A stretch of DNA of 63,964 nt, the filler included, from Sanchytrium tribonematis (lineage: Eukaryota), in the NCBI GenBank assembly GCA_018985235.1. It is 8 parts of 8 records of this genome, joined end to end, with 100 filler letters (N's around TTAATTAATTAA, not from the genome) between each part and the next. Parts side by side here need not be neighbours in the genome. Positions count along the whole stretch, not along the records: positions 32,336 to 40,280 come from JADGIG010000407.1; positions 40,381 to 48,312 come from JADGIG010000408.1; 6 more parts are not named here. One strand, written 5' to 3'. Of the stretch, positions 32,934 through 42,893 are shown in pieces. The position numbers were made by a program, and so were the translations under genes. Position 1 is the first letter of the stretch. Every line of letters starts with the position of its first letter. The notes below the pieces were generated by a model. The model was not told where the DNA came from. It did not search any database and worked only from the letters and a program-made list of their open reading frames with translations.

Positions 32934-33526
32934 ATTCTATTTATTCATGATAAATCTGTTTCAATTGCGTATATCCACCAATATGTTTGCCATTCATAAA
33001 TATATTCGGGACTGTCTTTTGTTGATAAATCTCAATTAAATAATCTCTAATTGAATGTCCATATTCAATCTCATCAAAATCTACATATTTATAATCTTGA
33101 TCTAGCTGTTCTAATAATAATTTGGAATAATCACAAAATGGACATGATTTCTTACCAAATATAATAATGGGATATTGTAAATAATGTTCTATTTTATCAT
33201 AAATGGTGTATTTGAAATAATATGGGAATTTGTGGATAATGAGTGGATCTTTAAAATATGAGATCCATGGATCATGGAGTGGTTGAAGTGGATCAATGGA
33301 TGTATTAGTAGAATCAGTAGCATTTGTAGTATCAAGAGATTGTTTTATATCCATTTTTAATTTAAAAATATCCAAAATATGGTCAATTTGTGATTTTTGT
33401 AATAGTTTGGGTTGTCTGTTTAAAAACAATTGATACGCACAAATCTCTAAAAACAATAGTCGTCTATGTCTATCATTGATCTTAAATGCCATTTCAACTA
33501 GATGCAATTGATCTAATGTCAATAAA

Positions 33527-33544
33527 GAAGAAGAAGAAGAAGAA
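33527..33544 (-). repeat. (TTC)6 3' tail of the retrotransposon
   Basis: (GAA)6 on the + strand between the TSD and TTTATT. Confidence 0.9.
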
Positions 33545-33597
33545 TTTATTGATGGGGTCTAACACTGCCAATGACATTGATCAACACCAATTAATAT

Positions 33598-36500
33598 TTA
33601 ATGTAAGTTGTAAATACTAATAAATCTACGTATTCTTTCATTTAAAATTCTTATATTTCTATCAGTAAAATCATCTAAATTCAATGAATGATGAAATAAA
33701 TGAAGATGATTTTTCATTTTTGGTTTTTGACTAGAAACTGAATGAAATGTCAGAATTGGTGCGTTTTGAGTATTTTTTGCTAACCAATCTGCTCTTTCAT
33801 TATGAATATGGCCATTATGGCCTTTAATCCATTCAACTTGGGGTGGATTATTCAATAAATACTTGCAGTTTTTTAAATGATAACCAAGTGGATGTTTGGA
33901 CGGATCTTGATTATCTAGTAAGTAGTTGGTAATATTAACACTACCTTTATTGTCATTTAATATTCTGTAATTAATAATTGAGTTATTTTTTGCATATTCC
34001 ATGCAAAGATTAATGGAAATGCATTCCAATTCTGTACTTGAGGGGGTATTTTCACAATTTAGATTTATCATTTTGAAACGCTGTTCTTTAAAAATAGTGG
34101 CTGAATTAGGTGGAATAACTACAATTCCTACTCCCACGTTATTTGAATTGATAGATGCGTCACAAACAAAAGTATACCCATCAAACAAGGTGACATTATT
34201 TGGGTATTCATTATCATTAATTAAAACATTGGTTTTGTTTTCTGAGGTATTAGATGTGACTGTTGGAAAATGATTTAAAAATCCATAATTGGAAGTGAAA
34301 CAATACAATTTTTCTTTCAGATAAAAATGTTGGTTGGAACACATTCTACAATTTGGATTTCTGGTATTTGGTCTTAAATTCCACGTTAACAACTTTGATA
34401 TCATTGTTGTATTAGATTGATTTAGTTGCGGGTGAAATTTAAAAGCACCTGACTCTCTTTTGAAGTAAATATTTTCATAATGAATACCCCATCTCCATTT
34501 AAAATGTACTTGATGTTTTTTAAACATATAATCATTTCTTTTTTGCATATTTGGTATATGAACAACACGTTCAAACAGTGAATTAGGAATTGATGGGATA
34601 CAACCAATCACAAATTTTATCTTTTTTCGCAGTAATTTTTGCAATTTGGTAATTTGAGAATTTTTATATTTAATACATTGCATGCCAAAATCACAAATTG
34701 GGGTAATATGTGATGTTAGTAATGTTGCGCAAATATCCAGGGGTAATCCATTTTTAAAAAGGCCTAAATATTTCAATTGACTCATTTTGTGATTAATTGC
34801 ATTTATCTTTTTATTGAACATTGTATAAGTATCAATCCCTTGAATATTAATAATGTATCCCAAATATCGTTGAGATTGATTGGTAGTAGGGATATCGCAA
34901 ATTGAAGTATTTTTATAATAATTATTTGTAATAATTATGGATTTATGATAATTTAATTCTAAACCAATGTCATTAAGTTTGGCTTTTATTTGGTTGATTG
35001 CCTTTTCCAGTGATTTTCTATCTCGAGCAATGACACAAATATCATCTGCATAAAAAATTAATTTAAACATGTCATTTTCCAATCCATAAAGATCCATCAG
35101 ACAAAATCCAAAGAGTGAAGGACTAAAAGGAGATCCTTGAGGTATGCCTGATGTCGTATTAATAGATTCAGAAAGATGTTGAAGCAATAAAAGAGTTTGA
35201 TTTGTGATTCGAATTAAATTTAAAGATAACCGTACTAAATACTTGTTATAATGGTTAAATAATTTAAATAAAGAATGTCTATTTAGCGAATCATATGCTT
35301 TTTTGACATCCAATAAACAAATAAATTTGAAATTATTGTGATTACGATTTCTGGTTGTGAGGATGTTTTGCAAGTGAGAAATAGCATCGTGAATGCTACT
35401 CTTACTTTGAAATCCAAATTGATTTCGAGGAAATTTGATTTTCATTGTATTAAATAAGTATGTTTCAAACAATTTTCGAATTGTAAACAATAAAGAAATT
35501 CCCCTATATTGATTAATTCCTGATGGAGTTGGAGTTTTGGGAACTGGACACATTGTACTGTATCCAAATTGTTCTGGACAATAGCCCGTATTCAACATTA
35601 TCTGCAAAACATATTTTAAAATCAATTTCAAGGTATTGCCACCATACTTAATAGCTTCATTAGGTATATCATGAATACCATATGCCTTGTGTGTTGGCAG
35701 CTTATCAATGATATTTTCTAATATTGTTGTTTGTACGTCATGTTTTTCCCCTTCAAATTTATTGAATTCATTTTCGATTTCATCTATTGAAATATTAGAA
35801 TGTTTTGTCATTGGTGCACACAATTGATTATTGTACTCATTTATATTATGAACATCCATACTAGAAATGATTTTTCTATTAAACATTGTTGTTTTGACTT
35901 TTAAAAACGATAGCTGTTTTGCAGGTGGTAAAGTTTTTAAATACTCTTGATATTTTTTAATGCCATTAATCTTGTCCTTTTTAATTCTAGAAATATAATC
36001 AGGATAATTTATAGTATGCAAATCAATATTCTGCAAAAGATGAGGCATTTGCAAATCTTTAATTGATTTTGGTGATGATTTCCCCACGGACTCATTTAAT
36101 GCAGTTCTAATGGACTGCTGAATTATTTTTATTAAATGGCTCAAATCCCGGAATGATGAAATATTATTAGTCAAATTAATGACATTTTTGTTGATCAATA
36201 TTTTTTCCAATTTTGATTGATATTCTTCTTTTTTAGTATTTTCATTAAGTAATTTAACTCGAAATTTAGAAGTATTAATGGTAGTTTGGGTGATTGGTAA
36301 ATGGAGAGTGGCATGAATTATAGAATGATCACTTAAATATTCAGGCACATCATAGACATGACCTGTTTCTGCAAATGCCAACAAATGATTTGCTAAAATG
36401 AAATGGTCAATATCTGATGATCTGTGAGTTGCAATTCGTGCATGTCTTGTGATTTGTCCATCTTTTTCTAAAAACTCATAATTTAAATCTTGAATTGTTC

Positions 36501-38352
36501 TTGTTTGATTCAATTCATTTCTATTTCTGGGACTAAATGCACTCATATTTAAGTCACCTAGGGATATTTGATTAATGCTGTCAATTTGAAACAATTCTGA
36601 GCAAAATGAATCCACATCTGTACGATGTTTTTTATAAAAACCATTGAAAACATAACCATCAATCATTATGGATATTTGAGTTGGAGAAGTATGAAATCGG
36701 CTAATTCTTTTAGCTAAAGAAGTGTCTAAAACCATTAATGCCATGCCATAATGTGGTGAATTGTTTGAATCATATTCCACTGTAGATGCTGCTTTGACAC
36801 CCAATGGCAATCTATTATGTTTATCTCCATCAAACTGTGTTTCTCCAATAAATAAAATATCAATATTTTGCTCAATCATAAATGCTCTACAATATTGTTG
36901 TTTTTCATGGGTATTAAAACTGCCATCACAATTCCAGAATGCCACATTAAGATCCAGAATATTGATATTATAAAACAATGGAAATAGGTTTCCCAATGCC
37001 AATAATTTAAAAGCAAATAAATACCACAAAATATATTTTTCCAAATTATTGAATAATTTTTTGCAAAATAAAATTTTATATTTAAACCTAAAAGTAAAAT
37101 AATAGTTAAAATGATTTACTGACATGGATTGAATCTGTGCAGGTGGAATGTCAGTTATATTTTCAATTTCTTGACCATTTATTTTTAATTTTAATTCCCC
37201 TTTTTTAATTTGATCAATTTGAGTTGTGGTTAAAATATTATCCACTTTAATATCTTGCGGTAAATGCATTATCATTTCAGTTTCCATAATGTTTAATTTG
37301 CATCTGATTGTAGGAGTGTGGGGTTGCACAGCAATAATTTTCGCATTATTCTCAATTGGAACCTGTAAATCGTGCATCATTTCTCCATTCATGTAAACAT
37401 ATTTGTTCTCGGAAGGGCAAACATCCTTTAATAATTTGGGTGTAGATTCTGAGTTTACCATTTGCGAATCAACCGATACTGAATATTGAATTAAATTTGT
37501 TTCAGCCATATCAACGTCACGGGTTGCAATTGAGCGCGTATTGGGGATTGTATTGTTATCTATGACATCTAATTCATCCATTAATGTCTCAATAATAAAA
37601 TTGGAGTCATCTTCAGTCACCAAATGCATATTTTTATCGGCATTTTCAACCAATTTTTCAACAGCCAATAAAATGCCTTGCACATATAAATCCATATATA
37701 ACATACTTGTTTCTATATTAGGATAAAATAATTGATAATTTTCTGCCATACATTTAAAATAATGATGGATAATTACTGGGCATTTATTAGCTTGAATTGA
37801 TTTTAAGTAACGTTCTTTCTTTAACTCAATAGTTGCATTTTTAATTTGATTTGCTAAATCAATAATGGCCTGATATTTAGTAATAGTATTTCCTTGATAT
37901 TCTTTGGTAATATCATCAATGTAATTGTTGAATGAAGAACCAATAGAATTGATTGCGGAATCTTTAAAACCATTCTCTAAATCCAATAAATTTTTAACAA
38001 TTAATAGTCGCAATTGCTCATTTTTAGTTTTAGATTTTTCGATTTGCATTCTTTCAATATATCTTTTTGTTGAAATCCAAGTTAATTTTGTTGAGACGTT
38101 TTTGTGCACGTCATCTTGATCTAAAAATACTCTAAAAATATCAATGAATTTAGAGTCAATTAGAATTTGGTAAATTTGCATTTTTGGATCTTTACTTTCT
38201 TTTAAGGTCGTCAATTCTTTGACAACTATACCATTCAATTTTGGTACCTTACTGGTTCCGTACCAGTCTTTGAATCTCATATTCCATACTCTTTCAATTG
38301 GAATTCTTTCAATATCATTTGGTAAATATGAATTGAATCCCTTAAGAATCAT
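33598..38352 (-). CDS. 1584-aa retrotransposon polyprotein
   Basis: APE (FWNCDG, GET, GDLN, IDH, SDH), RT (YRGISL, QFGF, LDVKKAYDS, GIPQGSPFSP, YADD, YLG), RNase H (CDAS, ELE, NDN, WIKGHNGHIHNERADWLAK). Confidence 0.96.
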   Translation of the reverse strand: MILKGFNSYLPNDIERIPIERVWNMRFKDWYGTSKVPKLNGIVVKELTTLKESKDPKMQIYQILIDSKFIDIFRVFLDQDDVHKNVSTKLTWISTKRYIERMQIEKSKTKNEQLRLLIVKNLLDLENGFKDSAINSIGSSFNNYIDDITKEYQGNTITKYQAIIDLANQIKNATIELKKERYLKSIQANKCPVIIHHYFKCMAENYQLFYPNIETSMLYMDLYVQGILLAVEKLVENADKNMHLVTEDDSNFIIETLMDELDVIDNNTIPNTRSIATRDVDMAETNLIQYSVSVDSQMVNSESTPKLLKDVCPSENKYVYMNGEMMHDLQVPIENNAKIIAVQPHTPTIRCKLNIMETEMIMHLPQDIKVDNILTTTQIDQIKKGELKLKINGQEIENITDIPPAQIQSMSVNHFNYYFTFRFKYKILFCKKLFNNLEKYILWYLFAFKLLALGNLFPLFYNINILDLNVAFWNCDGSFNTHEKQQYCRAFMIEQNIDILFIGETQFDGDKHNRLPLGVKAASTVEYDSNNSPHYGMALMVLDTSLAKRISRFHTSPTQISIMIDGYVFNGFYKKHRTDVDSFCSELFQIDSINQISLGDLNMSAFSPRNRNELNQTRTIQDLNYEFLEKDGQITRHARIATHRSSDIDHFILANHLLAFAETGHVYDVPEYLSDHSIIHATLHLPITQTTINTSKFRVKLLNENTKKEEYQSKLEKILINKNVINLTNNISSFRDLSHLIKIIQQSIRTALNESVGKSSPKSIKDLQMPHLLQNIDLHTINYPDYISRIKKDKINGIKKYQEYLKTLPPAKQLSFLKVKTTMFNRKIISSMDVHNINEYNNQLCAPMTKHSNISIDEIENEFNKFEGEKHDVQTTILENIIDKLPTHKAYGIHDIPNEAIKYGGNTLKLILKYVLQIMLNTGYCPEQFGYSTMCPVPKTPTPSGINQYRGISLLFTIRKLFETYLFNTMKIKFPRNQFGFQSKSSIHDAISHLQNILTTRNRNHNNFKFICLLDVKKAYDSLNRHSLFKLFNHYNKYLVRLSLNLIRITNQTLLLLQHLSESINTTSGIPQGSPFSPSLFGFCLMDLYGLENDMFKLIFYADDICVIARDRKSLEKAINQIKAKLNDIGLELNYHKSIIITNNYYKNTSICDIPTTNQSQRYLGYIINIQGIDTYTMFNKKINAINHKMSQLKYLGLFKNGLPLDICATLLTSHITPICDFGMQCIKYKNSQITKLQKLLRKKIKFVIGCIPSIPNSLFERVVHIPNMQKRNDYMFKKHQVHFKWRWGIHYENIYFKRESGAFKFHPQLNQSNTTMISKLLTWNLRPNTRNPNCRMCSNQHFYLKEKLYCFTSNYGFLNHFPTVTSNTSENKTNVLINDNEYPNNVTLFDGYTFVCDASINSNNVGVGIVVIPPNSATIFKEQRFKMINLNCENTPSSTELECISINLCMEYAKNNSIINYRILNDNKGSVNITNYLLDNQDPSKHPLGYHLKNCKYLLNNPPQVEWIKGHNGHIHNERADWLAKNTQNAPILTFHSVSSQKPKMKNHLHLFHHSLNLDDFTDRNIRILNERIRRFISIYNLH

Positions 38353-39314
38353 TGTAGAATAGATTGATCTACTTAATTCTTGATTAATAAATGATTTTTT
38401 GATACTTTGATACGTTTGATACTCAATATTTTGTTTTTTATTTAGATTGTTATAGAGATTGCTCTCCTGTCGTTTCTAATGTCAATAATGGGGCTTCAAT
38501 TTGTTGAAATTCATCTAATTCATAAAATATATTCAAATCATCATGATCTTGTAATTCTAATAGGGTTCTCATAGGCCATGCTTTATATTTCTTGCCAATA
38601 AACGTATTAATACGAATATTGAGTATTTCTAGATGATAATCACCTTGTTGCGTGCAATTTCCAATTTGAAATGTTTCATTAAATTGTGATTTACAATCTA
38701 ATTCAATCAATTCTGTGGTATTTAATGGTGCTTTAATGGGATCTAACTGCTTTAATGTGTCTAATTGAACCAATTGAAAGGCATATAATGCATATTGAAG
38801 ATAATGCTCCGTATCTTCATGAAATATGACATCTATGATCATTTTCATTTGGATTTTGGTGCAATTATTGGAAATGCATTGATTCACAATGTCGTATTTC
38901 CATGTAGGATGTAATTGCATTTGAGTATGTAATCTGGATTTATGAGATGCATCCCATTGCGTATTAGGATGGATGAGATGGGAATAAATGTCATTTGGAG
39001 TGATGGATAATGCATAGAGTGTGATCAAATAGAACATTTCAAGGGGAATTGGCAGAATGAAACCAAATGGTCACCTGTGAAACATTGTGGTAGTACAATT
39101 GACTCCTTGTTAAATGGCATTTATTAGAGTTTGATGATAAAATGAATGATTTAAAATGATGGAGAAAATAAAGTGAATGATCTGAAAATGTATGATCACT
39201 TTGAAACATTGTGCGACCCCGCCATTGGCTATTTTTATCCATTTTGATTGGTAGAGATGATTGGTGATGACAATGATGATCTGGTACAAAACGGGACACT
39301 TGTTAGTCTTTCAG

Positions 39315-39932
39315 ATGATCTATTTGACTATTCTTAATGCCATTTTCACTTTAAATATTCCAAAATCAGACAACATCATAGAATTAGATGCCACCAATTT
39401 TGGAGAAATTATGATGAACAAGAAATCAACCACCTTGTATTTATTTGAAGGATATGTCAATTGGTGCTATTATTCCAAGAGATTAGGACCTGTATTGAAT
39501 GAATTGGCTGATGAATTGACTATGAAATACAATCATGATGAAGTCAAAGTGGTTAGATTAGATTGTGAATCAGAATTTGCTGTAAAAACAAAAGCATGTC
39601 GTGCCTTGTTGATTAAAGGTTATCCCACATTGTACACTATATTTAAAGGGGAGATTACAAATGAATACAGAGAATCAAGGACTTTAGAGGCATTAGACAA
39701 GTTTGTAGAGTCTGAATATGACAAAGTGCATGTGGATGATGTGTCTGATGAGATGCTTGGTAAATTAATGGCAGAAAAACCACAAGAAGAGACTTCATTT
39801 CACAAATTGAAGAAATTGAATCCCATTTATATTAAAATCACATTGGCGTCTTTCTTACTGACATTTGGAGTTGTATTTATGAAATCTAATGCATTTAAAT
39901 CCACATACAACTTATTGGGAGACTTGAAATAA
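39315..39932 (+). CDS. ER thioredoxin/PDI-like protein with CxxS site and C-terminal TM helix
   Basis: Hydrophobic N-terminus, IIELDATNF, WCYYSKRLGP, IKGYPTL, RTLEAL. Confidence 0.82.
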   Translation: MIYLTILNAIFTLNIPKSDNIIELDATNFGEIMMNKKSTTLYLFEGYVNWCYYSKRLGPVLNELADELTMKYNHDEVKVVRLDCESEFAVKTKACRALLIKGYPTLYTIFKGEITNEYRESRTLEALDKFVESEYDKVHVDDVSDEMLGKLMAEKPQEETSFHKLKKLNPIYIKITLASFLLTFGVVFMKSNAFKSTYNLLGDLK

Positions 39933-40147
39933 ATTACATTGATTTTCGACGATTTGAAAGTGTTTTTCTCAAAACCTAGTGATTAATTCATATTTTCATT
40001 CATTTGATCACAAGTTTACTTTGGTTTATTTCTACACGGTTCATTTGAAAGAGTTTTGCACAAAATCCTATTAATTAATTTAAATCCTTGCCATGATTAT
40101 TTGATTGGTTCGAAAAACTATAAATATTTGCTAGTCGCATCTCCTAC

Positions 40148-40280
40148 ATGATTACCTTGATCTCTTTTGCATTTTCAAAAACTATAGATTTGAGTCCTCA
40201 AAAGAATGTAACTACATTTGAAGGACTCCAAGCTTGCTTCAATTTTTACTCTGGGGGATGCGGAAAGTCAGAAGAAAAAG
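40148..40280 (+). CDS. possible secreted protein, 5' fragment
   Basis: ATG plus short hydrophobic N-terminus, open to the contig end. Confidence 0.3.
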
Positions 40281-40380
40281 NNNNNNNNNNNNNNNNNNNN
40301 NNNNNNNNNNNNNNNNNNNNNNNNTTAATTAATTAANNNNNNNNNNNNNNNNNNNNNNNNNNNNNNNNNNNNNNNNNNNN
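40281..40380. other. artificial contig linker
   Basis: N44-TTAATTAATTAA-N44. Confidence 0.98.
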
Positions 40381-40627
40381 TATAAAATACCACAGTGCGT
40401 GCACCAACAACTCCAGAACCAAATAAAGCCATAATAACCTTGCTCTAATTACTGTAAAAGGCATTAATTGTTTTTTAGGGCTCTGTGCGGTGTGCTTATT
40501 ATTAAAGCTTAGTTTAAATTTTATTATTAATTCAAATTTTAATCATCGCGCAGATTCAAGTATATGGATTAAAATCATAGACGACTTTTACCGGAATGTA
40601 AAGTCAATTATATTAACAATAGACTAG

Positions 40628-40701
40628 CGTTTAACCCTAATGAAAATGCTATGTTAAATTATATCAACAATAAATTAACGTTTAACCCTAATGAAAATGC
40701 T
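40628..40701 (+). repeat. 23-bp direct repeat, two copies
   Basis: CGTTTAACCCTAATGAAAATGCT at 40628-40650 and 40679-40701. Confidence 0.85.
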
Positions 40702-41666
40702 TCAAAGATTTAGTACCATATTAAAAATCAACTGGTCTTGCTGAGCTTAAATCAAAAAAATCTGTTTAAATTTAACATTGGGCATCAAATTAAAACTTCT
40801 TTTTTATGAAGATGCTCACGATGTACAATCAAGGACGCAAATGCAACGCATCGGAAAAAGTTTCAGATTTCCACCATCTCTTTGTAGCATAATTAAAACA
40901 ATTTTCTGAAATTAAAGATTTGAGCGTTAAAATCAGGAACTCATTCATGATTTATATTTTAAATTCAGTCATATGGATTTGGTGAAAAACTAAAAGATTA
41001 TTAGCACTGTGAAAGCCCTTATTAATGACACTAAACATTCACAAGATCAAATTAATCTTTTATGGCAAATATATGGAAATAGTGTGTCATTCCAATGTTT
41101 TGGGGATGATCAAAAGTGTTTCGGACTCCTTCAAAATATATAATGCATTTTCCTGCTTTCTTAATTTTCGAATTTTCAGTGACTTGCAACTTTACAAATA
41201 AAAAAACAAATTTATTATTACTTTTTTCTGGAACTTTATATTAAACATTAATTGAGAGACTTAAGCGGATCTTGCAATGAATGGTGAAGGGCTCTTTTGA
41301 ATTTCATAGACCTCTCTATTGTTCACTTCAAATGGGAATTTTTAATTGATTGACTAATAGTATTTAATGGTTGTTGATTGGTCAAAAAACACTTTTAATT
41401 TGAAATCTACATTTTCCGTCATGTGTCTGCCAGCAAAAAGAGATTATAAAATATGTCTTTCTTAAGTTTAAAAGTTGAACGAAGTGATCAACGGATTTAC
41501 TTGGAACATTTCATTGATTGAGTAGTTTTTTTCTTCTCTTAACTACTTTTTAATTGGATCTTTAGTGTGCCGACCATTGATCATGATGAAGTTACCATAT
41601 GAGTTTCTGCAAGGAGATTTGGATTTGCACAACGCGAAATCTAAAATTTCAAAAATTCCATAAAAA

Positions 41667-42893
41667 ATGGATATTACTATTGAAAATGATGATTGCAAAG
41701 AATTGGAAGAGTTGGATAAAGAACTGAGTGAGTACGGAAGCCGATTTAATGCACAAAGAAAGTCATCCAACAACTATAATTTCCAATCAAGGGAATTAAA
41801 TCGTATTTTTGTTGGGAATGTGTACCCATATAGTGAATTGAATAGAGAAATTGAGGATCTCTCCGAATTACAAAGCGCTGTAATCAGATCTACAAATTGT
41901 TTTATCAAAATTCACATGAAAGGAATTGAAAGTGAAATAAAAAAATGGAAAAAGATGATCAAAGCGCAAAAAAAGAAAGGGGAAAACGTATTGATGACTC
42001 AGAATTACGTTGTTACAAAGATCAGTCTATTGAATTTTTGCAAAAATAATTTTAAAGCATTTGGATTCATTTATCAGAAAAGATATCTGGAAATCATTGT
42101 ACCTAAAAAGTACAATCAGTTCATGAAATCAGGATTTCTCAGAATGAAAGATAATTTACGATTTAGGTCTATTTTGGGCGATGCAATTTTGTACAATGAG
42201 ATGGATTGGAGATTGGCTCTCCACAATGATCCAGATATGAGAAAAATGGAATACAAGCGACTTGAAGAAATGATCATTGACCGTGGTGGTCGTCACTTCA
42301 TTCGAACTGGTCAAAAATACTTCAATTTACATGTCAAATTCTACTGCAAATTGATTAAGGGCATTATGGGATACAATGATTTGCAGTATGAAATGGCAGA
42401 AAAGAAATGGAAGGATAAAATTATTTCAAAAATCAAAAGTCAAACCAAATTGGATGCCGATGGCATTATTTACACTGATGATGAGGAAGAAAAGGTGCCC
42501 ATGCACAAAATTCCAGTCCCAATGCCAAAAATGACTGAAGAAAGTCATGAAGAAATAGCATCATCAAAAATGGAAGTAGAACAGACAAAATATCAAATCA
42601 CACCCAAGCAACAAGTAGTTGATTCAAAAGACACCAATCAAGCACAATCTAAATCCTTGCAACCAATTAAATCATTGATTGAGCAAGACCCAAGCAATGA
42701 TCAAAAGGAACCCAAATTTAAATTGGTTGTCGATGGAGAAGAAAAATTGCAGTCTATTACATCAGAATCAACAATTGAGAAAATTGCAAATACTTGGAAA
42801 GCATTCATGAAGATTTACAACATGAAACCAGTTGTCAATTCTCAATACACCATCAAACCCAATTCAACTGTTTTTAGTGTCACAGCACTTTAA
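41667..42893 (+). CDS. retrotransposon ORF1-like protein
   Basis: 408-aa ORF directly upstream of and overlapping the APE-RT frame. Confidence 0.7.
   Translation: MDITIENDDCKELEELDKELSEYGSRFNAQRKSSNNYNFQSRELNRIFVGNVYPYSELNREIEDLSELQSAVIRSTNCFIKIHMKGIESEIKKWKKMIKAQKKKGENVLMTQNYVVTKISLLNFCKNNFKAFGFIYQKRYLEIIVPKKYNQFMKSGFLRMKDNLRFRSILGDAILYNEMDWRLALHNDPDMRKMEYKRLEEMIIDRGGRHFIRTGQKYFNLHVKFYCKLIKGIMGYNDLQYEMAEKKWKDKIISKIKSQTKLDADGIIYTDDEEEKVPMHKIPVPMPKMTEESHEEIASSKMEVEQTKYQITPKQQVVDSKDTNQAQSKSLQPIKSLIEQDPSNDQKEPKFKLVVDGEEKLQSITSESTIEKIANTWKAFMKIYNMKPVVNSQYTIKPNSTVFSVTAL

Larger units (their letters stand above)
33526..38474 (-). mobile_element. full-length non-LTR retrotransposon (APE-RT-RNase H)
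   Basis: 14-bp TSD TCTAATGTCAATAA at 33512-33525 and 38475-38488; 3' AATAAA followed by (TTC)6; intact ORF. Confidence 0.95.
32941..39037 (-). pseudogene. signal-peptide-bearing glutaredoxin-domain gene split by retrotransposon insertion (5' part 39037-38475, 3' part 33511-32941)
   Basis: CPFC and TVPNIFMNGKHIGGY glutaredoxin motifs; removing the element plus one TSD gives a continuous 377-aa ORF reading EAPLLTL-DQLHLV. Confidence 0.88.
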
